DNA from: Okeania sp.
GTDB lineage: Bacteria > Cyanobacteriota > Cyanobacteriia > Cyanobacteriales > Microcoleaceae
Direction of reading: 5' to 3'
DNA: 32,000 nucleotides
NCBI RefSeq assembly: GCF_035285525.1
Contig: NZ_JAYKGW010000092.1
Coordinates: forward strand, 1-32,000
Shown: positions 18,101 to 23,587 of the stretch, one piece after another
Layout of the letters: every line of letters begins with the position of its first letter
How positions within the stretch are numbered: the first letter of the stretch is position 1
The notes under the pieces: generated by a model
The model's input: the letters and a program-made list of their open reading frames with translations, nothing else
The model's database searches: none
What the model was told of the DNA's origin: nothing
Translations under genes and position numbers: made by a program

Positions 18101-19963
18101 AGCAATGTTGCTACTTTAGTAAGTGCTTTTAATGATTTCATGGAGGATTTATTAGAGATTGAACAGGAAGATGATGATGACGAGGATGAGGACGAGGGAA
18201 ATAAACCAAAATCTGTAAATGATATCATACCAACCATCACTCCTTTCAAAAATTTATTGTTAGGAGATTTACCAGAATTGACGGAACGATTAACTCGCGG
18301 TGAGTTAACTTTAGAGGAAGTTTATGAGAGTTTAGATTCTAAATTAAACCAGACTGGTTATCAGTTGCGAGTAGTAGAAGAAGTCGAGGGAGAAGATGGG
18401 GAAATTGAGATTGAAGTTGAGTTTATCATCGAAGAGATTACCCAAGGTGCAACAGGAAAAATTGCTAATATTCAGGGAGGTACAGTTTTCTTAGATACCA
18501 ACTTCAATGAAAAATTCAATGGCAAAGACACTTCTACTGTAATAGAGAAATCCGGTAAATTCGTTCTTGATTTTGAGAATGCTACCTACGACAAAAATGG
18601 TAATAATAAGGTTGACAGCGACGAAGGTCAAATAGTAGTTATCGGTGCGGTAGATGCTCTTACTGGTGTAGCTTTAAATGTTCCTTTAGTTGCTAATGTA
18701 GCATCTCCCGATGTGGTTTCTGGTTTAACTACTCTTAAAGTCGGTTTGGAACGCTTGGGAATTACTTCTTTGGAAGCAGGCAAGATTATTAACCGCATCT
18801 TTGAATTAGCAGCAGAAGATTTAGAGAGCTTTAATCCTTATAAGGAGAAAGGAGATGATTTTGATGAGGGTATTGATGGTGTAAGAGCAGATATTTTGAT
18901 TAAGAGTCTGTTGGTTCACGGCGATACTTTATTGAAGAATGCTGGTTTTAGCGGTAATTCTTTTGATGTTGTTCTTGAGGGTATTGCACAGAAACTCAAT
19001 TCTGTTGGTAATAATTTCCGCTTGAATAATACTAATCGCATCCGACAGGTTTTTGAGGAGATTTTGACCGTTGCTGAGGTAACTGTGGAGCCAGAAGTTG
19101 TAGAAACTGTGGCTGAGTTAATTAATTCCTTTAATAATTCAATAGGGAATATCTTGGAGGAGAAAAAAGACCGACAGGAGTCCGTTGTGAATCGTTCTCT
19201 CGGTCAAATTGCACCTCTACAAGAGATGCTGTTGGCAGAGTTGCCTAAAGTTACTCGTCGTTTAACCCGTGGAAATATGACTGTAGAACAGGCGTTTGAA
19301 TCTGTTGAGTCTCAGTTGAGCGAACGCGGTTTCGATTTCATAGTCAAGAATAATGGTAAGACCGAGATAGACTTTACCAACCAAGAATTGAAAGGTAATG
19401 CAGAAGACGATACTATCAACGGTAGTGGTGGTGACGATACTATCATCGGCGGTTTCGGTAACGATATGTTGCGTTCCCTTGGTGGCCAAGATGTTCTGGA
19501 AGGCCGTCCAGAAAACGACCATTTGTTAGGTGGTTCTGGGGACGATGTCCTTAATGGGGGTATCGGCCGCGATCGCCTGAATGGTGGTCTGGGTAAAGAT
19601 ACTATGACTGGTGGGGCAAGTATTGATCGCTTTATCTTCGCGATAAATGGAGAGTTTGATGATGAGTTGATGGGTAGTGATCGGATTACTGACTTTAATC
19701 CTGGTCAGGATATTATCTTGTTGGATAAAGATACGTTTACTGAGTTGGAGAGCAATTCGGGAACAGGTTTCAGCGTACAAACTGAGTTTGCATCTGTTAC
19801 TGAGGGAGTGAGAACTTCTGAGGCGTTAATTGTTTATAACAGTAATAATGGCAGGTTGTTCTACAACCAGAACGGTAGTGAACCTGGCTTTGGTGAAGGT
19901 GGTGAATTTGCTGTGTTAGCAGGCAAACCCGATATTAGTGCTGAGGATTTCTTTGTGAGGTAA
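6104..19963 (+). CDS. Giant multidomain RTX / type I secretion-type exoprotein (putative adhesin): LamG x3, Calx-beta, FG-GAP/VCBS propeller, beta-sandwich modules, RTX repeats
   Basis: A 4619-codon ORF. Its frame is already open from 5978 and encodes the rest of the Calx-beta domain that begins in ORF 5184-6026. The C-terminus has GGxGxD nonapeptides (GSGGDDTIIGGFGNDML...GGSGDDVLNGGIGRDRLNGGLGKDTMTGG) followed by a typical cyanobacterial RTX tail (...LFYNQNGSEPGFGEGGEFAVLAGKPDISAEDFFVR). There is no N-terminal signal peptide, as expected for T1SS substrates. Confidence 0.92.
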   Translation: MTALSDAVVEGDENVKITLLSGTDAFGGTYNLANNREVLSLNGTTDYVEIPDANAIDFTKDQNFTVESWVKVDPSQNTEADIFEKWSGPGGYPYVIRLDGSTGKINAARYDGSRNPSIVSTATLNDAQYHHIAFVKEGSVLKLYIDGKLDGTTTDTTTGNTQNSSPLFVGQRGDNSNRFNGEVDELRIWNISRTQNEIRQNMYGSLTGNEVGLAGYWSFDSGSVNGNTITDLSSNNNNGTLNSSNNKALLTTGTAPLNLDSFVNYDNIYPAISRGSATLTSSTQVTGQVNHYMELGGNATTDLAFAGTANYTIAAWVKPDGEGTIVGKHNSGVIGSHFLRVQNDGRIQAHREVSPWELVSDTAIPFGQWSHVATTYDGATLKIYINGQLSGSRAFGAQVSTDTQTPVIVGARQSSGNPIDILPGSIDEVQIWNKALSETEIQNAQGRSISGNESGLVGYWDFNASDSSGASVVDLSGNGYNGTVKAEVADLTYIGHYSNGGRLSFNLSGRTLSSTPNVIGTLTSVLTDNPEPSFFIQSSDPSVSFFVEDSSAYQAGIAFSDRFGDQITANNAIVADSQGEATFQVKLTSQPTNNVTINLTSGSGTLNNNSLTFTPNNWDTYKTVNVTGLGATFNNFNVSASVTSNDSKYSSLSNSTLGVIDSTPRDTTKIKVTEGAVEQDIPPIIATVSASQDAQEGQPEPGQFTVNLSDIAPQGGYVVPYKVSGGTATEGTDYNVTTSDNNTKLGKSLNLDGQNDYLEIPDTNAIDFAKDQNFTVESWVQADPNQTPGGNTDRDIIEKWSGPGGYPYVIRYDRNNGKIVAARWDGTNGPAIVSTKTLNDGQYHHIAFVKDGSALKLYIDGQLEGTTTDTTTGNTQNNSPLFIGNRGGVANHFKGKVDELRIWNVARTEAEIQDSLNATFTGNETGLVGYWNFNNDSGTTATDLTSNNNDGTLKNGASLVDSSIGLLKIDAGQTSTNIGIEAIDNQIAQGDKTVTVAIERSNPASQATLNIKDDEKAGIEFAQLSKTATIEVPAIKLEVTTAYNSSTGAIGLKIAQGAQSYTFAADTTITFTNGVEIIIPAGTTLSNNAATVTVAQNLGSIPIAETSTTENRLLDVGILSYNEDSNGNVTANVQVRLTQRPAGNISVTLTDANGSDSAIFNFTNTNWNKYQQTNASNFLQLTSANNAVALTAKVGNANTINLPLSANVVATPLGNINTGTGNQLITTEGERIEFTATKAYDANAGTVEIELFNRSSDYTLTADQVIVFNNGTQARVTTDTALKLGQAKAVPVTLTQGTAIPVNQEGSVVLPSGETTVAVRLSSQPTSGNVGLDLTIDNSREGKFKSNNTQAETLTFTQQNWNQYQEVTVKGEDDLLVDGNITYNLNVKGQNGNADSNYKGTLLQSISITNEDNDRTPDPTQTTNNFNQPPIIADLTADKTQIDENGGKVIATFKLNKPAPVGGLNIEYEVISETASTSQDLQTPFVFVENNPLSMADRIPPANLASTNGDYLPSIVPVFVDWDQDGDLDVFGGEYAFFKPAYTEGITYYENTGDKNNPVFVQRTGAQNPLSSIVNIDAPAPAFIDIGNDGDLDVFIGDVDGQIHYFENTASGFVKRTGANNPFNSINGGDPARRFPLTPTFVDIDADKDLDFFAVYRDGIARDTVVFFENNGGNFVQRTGADNPLNGKGSIDGAVKFGDLDNDGDFDAVFDGVYGTVYYRNIGNAINPVFEISEQLSPFRGLGLNIFGRLDLVDIDNDNQLELFVGYRNVAFYEQLSYQNPLTVNIPEGKSQATVEIRAMDDAIVENKENFTVRLIDRNDESDVNETLTLEVTENYQVYTPPGSQSFSSNSVGLQIKQSSTLPKNLVTTDNRFKITNAFDSVNKKVTLDINNASGSIAIPAGETLTFKNGTVVEVSTATTVQAGSPQVVNVVLKEVPPYSIPLGTQLTFNDGSKVTVAETISISAFNSTSVQVQAQSDTALQPNTGDTTKLSRSNQLRTFVNVDVTSAYDGSTDSNLQLKLNESQLNKFTLKQGTEISFNNGQTIVTVGSDTEINPSTATAVPVTTTSATKTIAANQSTTASTPFEAQITILDNDTPGVRVTTDLASKNVVSGTFNTTEAGGEQTFYSRLESEPLEPVSVFVGSSKKEEGLLDGKEVIELQFDRTNWNIPQAFTVKGVDDLIQDGNVAYNLKTTVESRGDLNYREGAIDIDVLQGLNNGKVQLELNELNIEKAQLPQGTKLNFSNGTVATVGQTVTLDNDETNTPVDVSVTIEPNTLGFGATSSNGSWQVSEAYNHGLKQVELRNTTGNPITLTKNQTIKFNNGGELRIDADITIAENSRDLAKATLTTNPNTLPLLAVGTTNNNGNFEVTTTYNNTQKQLGLKNTTGTAKNLKTGDIISFTDGTSFIVTTDVTIAANSTSKVSGALEVSGLTTSFIKDISPDINLSNTDNDVAGLVLVNVEEIAAKEGVSNNFYKVELKTEPTDTVTVVMTPSDDQIALEGKLPGEPLTITYDATNWNVPQTIGVTAVDDFEVEFDHTTNIAFDTSNSADSVYAGLNVSNAGVKVNIIDNDLPTASVLSVAGAIEANAPGYFTINLDKPLPDKFDDTGLKINYTVSGTADTNGVSPTDDLQPIATGSARIAPGESRTPLIAFPIDDFKAEGTPLEVVGAYNGTSISLKVKNGVSLDNPATSVVENTVTLKAGTKLTFSNGAIGTVGSDVTFNQTGNKAVNITKAPESSKALNTIAVADTTRIASETVIVEVTAGNGYQVSSDENIATLEIEDNDIPGVRVVEASERTTVTEGEAPAQYFISLLTEPTADVTINIAPVQKTRNLTVTKDLSGGVVELKVNDPKVNSLLLPVGTVLNFGGGKTATVAADTFVGSKGNSVNVNTVSGSITTGNTTTYSYQELSSTNSLTFNSNNWYQLQPVNVTGLDDNVAEVGNTHEATLEYTITSGDSDYNNLKVPAQIIDIKDRPFDPNTTASSLTQGLLTFQESLDTLSLPLIGTLEGTAPPFIRNVITDVVAEVRAMEFVTGEKLAKAFTNSFNNNINNGGAVTVEITDLSSSNISFKVNATDKFNNTPISLASDLGLPALGIGMETNGNLNANFDYNFDFAFGLNDTDGFYIDTANTNLNANAAVKLSDNFNAKGSLGFLQLDMTNGINVAQGDTKGTEVNATFDIGLKDANNKLTVTELKNLRKQGKLSSILDYGFAGDAALDVDVVTSVKGSTALPSYSFNLFSDLPLFNYTNAAQQPPQPTTVSIAGSTNVSIEEKTAKSINISIADNGNNKPNENIRLPKGTQLVFTWGNNNQETAIIDKTVTIAEGSIGAALVKLKSDNVKDNNKTVTINSNASAKLEAGAFNIAFNNMTLDFGSFVTGVVSPVVDFLANVVEPITPVVNALNEPIGFFNDVGLTSEFDQNGDGQANIIEVAGTIIEKLPSRGGKAKIDYIQFFDAIVGVTELVGAVKDLQSSLGAGNNFAIDFGSYTLQNFQGASPTTSAADVNPQTQGSSQLNSNTRNQSQNKGLGKQSLSQKVDKMFGALDKLGISIPVLEDPFTAINLFLGNDIDLITYDMPALDIQYEINNKFTILNLPPVDGLIQGEFSVFSDLVFGLDTVGFSAWEKTGFDPAQSYLVLDGLYLSDVDPNTGVDVDELSVDATMAIGAKLNAVVASATVLGGITGEVGLDVVDIGEYTGQSDGKIRGSEVFSRISNPLSLFELAGSIEAFFRAIVKVGVDLGFFEITKTVYDKELARVPIFEFALGGAPGGGGSTGGGSGSNAGTAASGYIEGGTVFLDTNFNLAPDPLEPKTTTDELGNYNLEFELALFDANENGKIDDDEGQIVVVGGTDVTTGLPLAISLVGNATTGSVVTPITTIKNGLEQLGLDVKTANKILSKTLGLDSDLDDFDAYEAQGEDLTVGVNTALSHILLHSLTINGAAFLKGAGFDGNAAESAKILTDAIVKKLSTEDEVELEEKADIEAIFNSALQEIGIDSVDPTTVSNVATLVSAFNDFMEDLLEIEQEDDDDEDEDEGNKPKSVNDIIPTITPFKNLLLGDLPELTERLTRGELTLEEVYESLDSKLNQTGYQLRVVEEVEGEDGEIEIEVEFIIEEITQGATGKIANIQGGTVFLDTNFNEKFNGKDTSTVIEKSGKFVLDFENATYDKNGNNKVDSDEGQIVVIGAVDALTGVALNVPLVANVASPDVVSGLTTLKVGLERLGITSLEAGKIINRIFELAAEDLESFNPYKEKGDDFDEGIDGVRADILIKSLLVHGDTLLKNAGFSGNSFDVVLEGIAQKLNSVGNNFRLNNTNRIRQVFEEILTVAEVTVEPEVVETVAELINSFNNSIGNILEEKKDRQESVVNRSLGQIAPLQEMLLAELPKVTRRLTRGNMTVEQAFESVESQLSERGFDFIVKNNGKTEIDFTNQELKGNAEDDTINGSGGDDTIIGGFGNDMLRSLGGQDVLEGRPENDHLLGGSGDDVLNGGIGRDRLNGGLGKDTMTGGASIDRFIFAINGEFDDELMGSDRITDFNPGQDIILLDKDTFTELESNSGTGFSVQTEFASVTEGVRTSEALIVYNSNNGRLFYNQNGSEPGFGEGGEFAVLAGKPDISAEDFFVR
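10660..11400 (+). other. FG-GAP/VCBS repeat region (probable beta-propeller) within the giant protein
   Basis: Motifs recur roughly every 60 aa: VDWDQDGDLDVFGG, FIDIGNDGDLDVFIGDVDGQIHYFENT, FVDIDADKDLDFFAV...VVFFENNG, FGDLDNDGDFDAVFDG...YYRNIG and LVDIDNDNQLELFVGY. Each is followed by F(V/E)xRTGAxNP. Confidence 0.8.
17456..19350 (+). repeat. Intragenic tandem duplication of a ~300-aa module (17456-18380 and 18461-19350) preceding the RTX block
   Basis: Both copies run GGTVFLDTNFN...(D/N)xNGKxDxDEGQIVVxG..D..TG..L, then a helical region (LEQLGL/LERLGI ...NGAAFLKGAGFDGN/GDTLLKNAGFSGN), then ...LTRGELTLEEVYESLDSKLNQTGY / LTRGNMTVEQAFESVESQLSERGF. Copy 1 contains an acidic run, EQEDDDDEDEDEG. 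Confidence 0.8.
19391..19650 (+). other. RTX (hemolysin-type Ca-binding) nonapeptide repeat block
   Basis: Roughly eight consecutive GGxGxDxLx-type nonamers, read directly from the translation. Confidence 0.9.
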
Positions 19964-20068
19964 TTTACAGCGGTTTTTATTTCAGTAGATGAGAGTAGGG
20001 GCGAAATGGCATTCCTCCTTACTAAACCGTTTCATATCATGTCCGGTTAAGTAATTACTGCAATAGCT

Positions 20069-20097
20069 GTAGGTTGGGTTGAGGGACGAAACCCAAC
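20069..20097. repeat. GTAGGTTGGGT-N-ACCCAAC palindromic dispersed repeat
   Basis: The sequence gtaggttgggttgagggacgaaacccaac also occurs, in inverted orientation and as two tandem copies, at 31088-31165. Confidence 0.7.
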
Positions 20098-20108
20098 AAT
20101 AATTTTTC

Positions 20109-20187
20109 TCCCCTACTCCCCTACTCCCCTACTTCCCTACTTCCCTACTTCCCTACTCCTACTCCCCTACTCCCCTACTTCCCTACA
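20109..20187. repeat. Tandem octamer repeat (C/T)CCCTACT, ~10 units
   Basis: cccctact x3, tccctact x3, cctact, cccctact x2, tccctac. It lies between the two convergent genes and supplies the last codons and the stop of the minus-strand ORF ending at 20175. Confidence 0.9.
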
Positions 20188-21026
20188 TCAATAACTCTTA
20201 AACGATAGGTACTAATAGAAATACCACCTTTTCGCATTAAAACTGCTGACAACCACTTATCTTCAGAATTTTCTGGAGCTTCACCAATTTTAAAAAGTCC
20301 GCCAGAAGACAATAATTCTAAAGTAAAATCAGTCGGTTCAAAATTATAAGAATTTTCATTAATTGGTTCTACCAAAGCAGCCCCTAAAATAATTTCTTCA
20401 CCCAAAGGTTCTTGAACAACCGCATCAAAATTATACTTTTCACCTGGTTTTACTTCTGCTGGTAAATTAATATTAACATTAGGTGGTTTTTCACCTGTTG
20501 TGATTTGATTTTCCTCGGCTAAAATTTCTTGTTCAACAATTTTTCCATTTTCATAACGCTGCTTAGAAGTAATAGTAGACTTTAGAGTAAAGTCTCTATT
20601 TTTAATTTTTTGCACACCAGTAATATAGGTAATAGTTTCTGCCACAATAGTATTACCATCATTTTCCCAAGATTGAACTTTTGTCTGATATTTAACTGAC
20701 TTATATAGTCGCCAAAAATTAGCTAAAGCTTTAGCTAAACTTTCCCGATTTAAACCATCAGAATTGGTAAAATCATTACTATAAAAATTTATGACATTTT
20801 CTAAGTTTTGACCACTGGCAGCTCGATCAATTTCTTGCAATAATTCTGTAAGTTTTTTAGGTGCTTGTTCTGGAGTTTTAGCTAATGTCAAATTAGAGGA
20901 AAAAACTACCCCGACAAAAACTGTTAAACTAAGTAATAATGAACTAGATAATGTTGTTGAGAATTGTTTAAACTTCATCGAAAATTTGCTTTGCATTTGA
21001 AAAATATTCATTTGTAATTTATACAT
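20175..21026 (-). CDS. Hypothetical secreted protein (signal peptide; possible NTF2-like N-terminal domain)
   Basis: The likely true start is the ATG at 20978 (MKFKQFSTTLSSSLLLSLTVFVGVVFSSNLTLA|KTPEQ), which is a signal-peptide-like N-terminus. The region INFYSNDFTNSDGLNRESLAKALANFWRLYKSVKYQ... weakly resembles NTF2/SnoaL-like folds. I recognise no confident family. Confidence 0.6.
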   Translation of the reverse strand: MYKLQMNIFQMQSKFSMKFKQFSTTLSSSLLLSLTVFVGVVFSSNLTLAKTPEQAPKKLTELLQEIDRAASGQNLENVINFYSNDFTNSDGLNRESLAKALANFWRLYKSVKYQTKVQSWENDGNTIVAETITYITGVQKIKNRDFTLKSTITSKQRYENGKIVEQEILAEENQITTGEKPPNVNINLPAEVKPGEKYNFDAVVQEPLGEEIILGAALVEPINENSYNFEPTDFTLELLSSGGLFKIGEAPENSEDKWLSAVLMRKGGISISTYRLRVIDVGK

Positions 21027-21631
21027 GATATCAAATCCGCTGGCTTTGGAGAATAAGATTTACTATCAGAAAAAAGCAAAAACTCCTAATTTTTAGAGGG
21101 TAAGGTTCCCGAAAAATTGGAGACCAAACCCCTACGATATTAAATTATACCTATGCTATCGGATTTGATATGATTTATACAGAAACTGGGTTGATGAACT
21201 AACAATTTACCAAAGAATTAATAATTAAATAATTCGCGCCTTGAAGGCTCCCCTTGAAAAGGGAAAAAAAATTTATTTTTTCCTTTTATTCAATCCTATC
21301 TGTTTTAAAGAGAGGTAATTATCAATTATCCATTATTGAAAATATTAACCTAAGCATTTCCTGGGGAATGCTTTCCCATTCAGCAATGATACCCTGTTCT
21401 TAAGCACAGGGTTTAAATGAATATTGACTTTAGAGCTGGCTTTTGTAGTAATATTTTTCTATCTTAATTAAATATTTTTGGCAAATGATAAAAGCACTCT
21501 TCTGATAGCTGAATGCTTACATATTAACTATTAAATTACGACAATAAATCCAGTTTCTTCCTTGGAGTACATAAGTTCTATTATATAAAGTTGTTAGCTG
21601 AAAATTGACTGGTTGTGAAAAGTCAGTTCTA

Positions 21632-21792
21632 TGGCCATAAGTTAAATTTTGCTCCATGTTACTACTGGATTAACACTGAAAAAGCTGATAACTGTTAAGT
21701 GGCCATAAGTTAAATTTTGCCCCATGTTACTACTGAATTGACACTGATCAGCAATAACGGTTAACTGAAAAAGCTGATAACTGATAACTGAA
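21632..21792. repeat. Two ~63-bp direct repeats plus CTGATAA heptamer repeats immediately upstream of murG
   Basis: Copy A (21632-21694) and copy B (21700-21790) share tggccataagttaaattttgcYccatgttactactgRattRacactga...aaaagctgataactg. Copy B has a ~21-bp insertion. It ends in ctgataactgataactgaa directly before ATG 21793. Confidence 0.75.
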
Positions 21793-22857
21793 ATGACTAA
21801 TAAAAAAATTAAATTGTTAATCGCAGCAAGTGGAACTGGTGGACATTTATTTCCAGCGATCGCCACTGCTAATCAATTAAAGGATTATCACATCGAATGG
21901 TTAGGAGTTCCTGACCGTCTAGAAACTAAGTTAGTTCCATCCCAATACCCTCTCCATACTATATCAGTTGAAGGATTTCAACAGAAATTGGGTTTAGGAA
22001 CTTTCAAGATTTTAATTCGACTTATTCGCTCTATCTTGCGGGTAAGAGGGATATTGAAGCGGGGAAAATTTCAAGGGTTATTTACCACAGGGGGTTACAT
22101 TGCTGCTCCAGCAGTTATTGCAGCTCGGACTCTAGGTTTACCAGTTATTCTCCATGAATCTAATGTTTTACCAGGAAAAGTGACACGCTGGTTTAGTCGT
22201 TTCTGCAGTGTCGTAGCAGTAGGGTTTGAGGAAGCAACAAAATATCTTCCTACTAAGAAAACTGTGTATGTGGGTACTCCTGTCAGAGGAGAATTTTTAT
22301 CTAGGAAGCCTTTAGACTTACCTATTCCAGAAAATGTTCCCGTCATTGTAGTTGTTGGAGGTTCTCAAGGAGCAGTGGCAATTAATCAATTAGTCAGAGA
22401 ATGTGTTCTAGCATGGGTAGAAACTGGAGCTTGGATTATTCATCAAACAGGGGAAAATGATCCTAATGCTTTTAGTGTGGAGCATCCCCAATATTTTCCT
22501 ATGGTATTTTATCAAAATGTAGCTGGTTTATTTCAGCGGGCTAATTTAGTAATTAGTCGTGCTGGAGCCGGTAGTTTAACAGAATTAGCAGTTACTCATA
22601 CACCATCAATTTTAATTCCTTATCCTTATGCTGCGGATAATCATCAAACTTATAATGCTAAGGTTTTTTCTAATCAGAATGCTGCCCTAGTTTTTAATCA
22701 AGCAGAATTAACTGCAGAAAAGCTTAAGACTGAAGTTTTAGAGTTATTAAAATCACCAGAAAAGTTAAAAGAAATGACTGTAGGAGCAGCAAATTTAGCA
22801 GTAGAAGATAGTGCTAAAAAATTAGCTAATTTAATTCATAAATTTTTGCATAATTAA
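21793..22857 (+). CDS. murG: UDP-N-acetylglucosamine--N-acetylmuramyl-(pentapeptide) pyrophosphoryl-undecaprenol N-acetylglucosamine transferase
   Basis: It has the N-terminal G-loop IAASGTGGHLFPAIATA, a 354-aa GT28 length, and C-terminal motifs GGSQGA and ISRAGAGSLTELA, which are characteristic of MurG. Confidence 0.95.
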   Translation: MTNKKIKLLIAASGTGGHLFPAIATANQLKDYHIEWLGVPDRLETKLVPSQYPLHTISVEGFQQKLGLGTFKILIRLIRSILRVRGILKRGKFQGLFTTGGYIAAPAVIAARTLGLPVILHESNVLPGKVTRWFSRFCSVVAVGFEEATKYLPTKKTVYVGTPVRGEFLSRKPLDLPIPENVPVIVVVGGSQGAVAINQLVRECVLAWVETGAWIIHQTGENDPNAFSVEHPQYFPMVFYQNVAGLFQRANLVISRAGAGSLTELAVTHTPSILIPYPYAADNHQTYNAKVFSNQNAALVFNQAELTAEKLKTEVLELLKSPEKLKEMTVGAANLAVEDSAKKLANLIHKFLHN

Positions 22858-23171
22858 TATGTAATAATTGAGCTATTAACAATCAGTTATCAGCTTTATT
22901 ATAACAATTTATCTGGGAATTTTCTAGAGATAATAGTAGCAATAGTAGCGGAAAATGCTGTATGATAATTTTTAACACATAGAAGAAACTAGATTTGATA
23001 TGATCAAAAAAAAGTCGATATTAGCAGCAAACGTATAATTGGAATTGAAAAAAAAATAAGCTGACAAACCTCCCCTTTCAAGGGGATAAAAAAATCAACT
23101 TCAATATTTCAAGCTTCTGGCTGAAGCTAGAGGTACTGATAACTGATAACTGATAACTGAAAAGGTGGGAT

Positions 23172-23432
23172 ATGGCAGTTTTACAACAATCTCCTTGGTA
23201 TCAACAAATCTGACAAGAAGGAATTTTAATTGGTGAGCAACGAGGTGAACAAAGAAGAATACTTTCTGGAATAGAAATAGGATTAGAATTTAAATTTGGG
23301 GAATTAGGAAAACAGATATTTTCAGAAATTAATACTATTGAAAATATTCAGGTTCTAGAAACAATTCTTAGCTCTCTTAAAACTGTAGAAACTATTGATA
23401 AATTAAGGCAAATTTATCAACCACATTCTTAA
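23172..23432 (+). pseudogene. Remnant of a DUF4351 / Rpn-family (putative transposase-nuclease) C-terminal domain gene with an in-frame stop
   Basis: My translation is MAVLQQSPWYQQI*QEGILIGEQRGEQRRILSGIEIGLEFKFGELGKQIFSEINTIENIQVLETILSSLKTVETIDKLRQIYQPHS*. The SPWYQ-I-xEG...GEQRGEQR...FGEL...L pattern is typical of cyanobacterial DUF4351 tails. The TGA at 23211-23213 interrupts it, and the large N-terminal nuclease part is missing. Confidence 0.5.
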
Positions 23433-23587
23433 ATATAGATTGCATCTCAATGCCTGAATAAAGGCAAAAAATTATCACTTTTAGGGAACAGGAAATAGAG
23501 AATAGGTATGAAGCAAAAAAGTATTTTTGCAAATATTTAAGATGTACCCTAAATATAGCAATACTAAATAAGTTGTAAAATTTATCC

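Noticed and set aside
6986-19780. About 25 minus-strand and alternative-frame ORFs of 60-188 aa embedded in the giant gene (for example 8072-8638, 12859-13221, 14404-14814, 15004-15423, 16033-16440)
   Set aside because: All lie antisense to or out of frame with a 14-kb ORF that has clear domain content. Their translations are low-complexity Val/Leu/Ser/Thr-rich mirror images of the sense repeats. Long antisense open frames are expected from the biased codon usage of such genes.
21642-21866. 74-aa minus-strand ORF overlapping the murG start and the upstream direct repeats
   Set aside because: It runs through the duplicated 63-bp element and the heptamer repeats and is antisense to the murG N-terminus. 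It is most likely a repeat-generated open frame.
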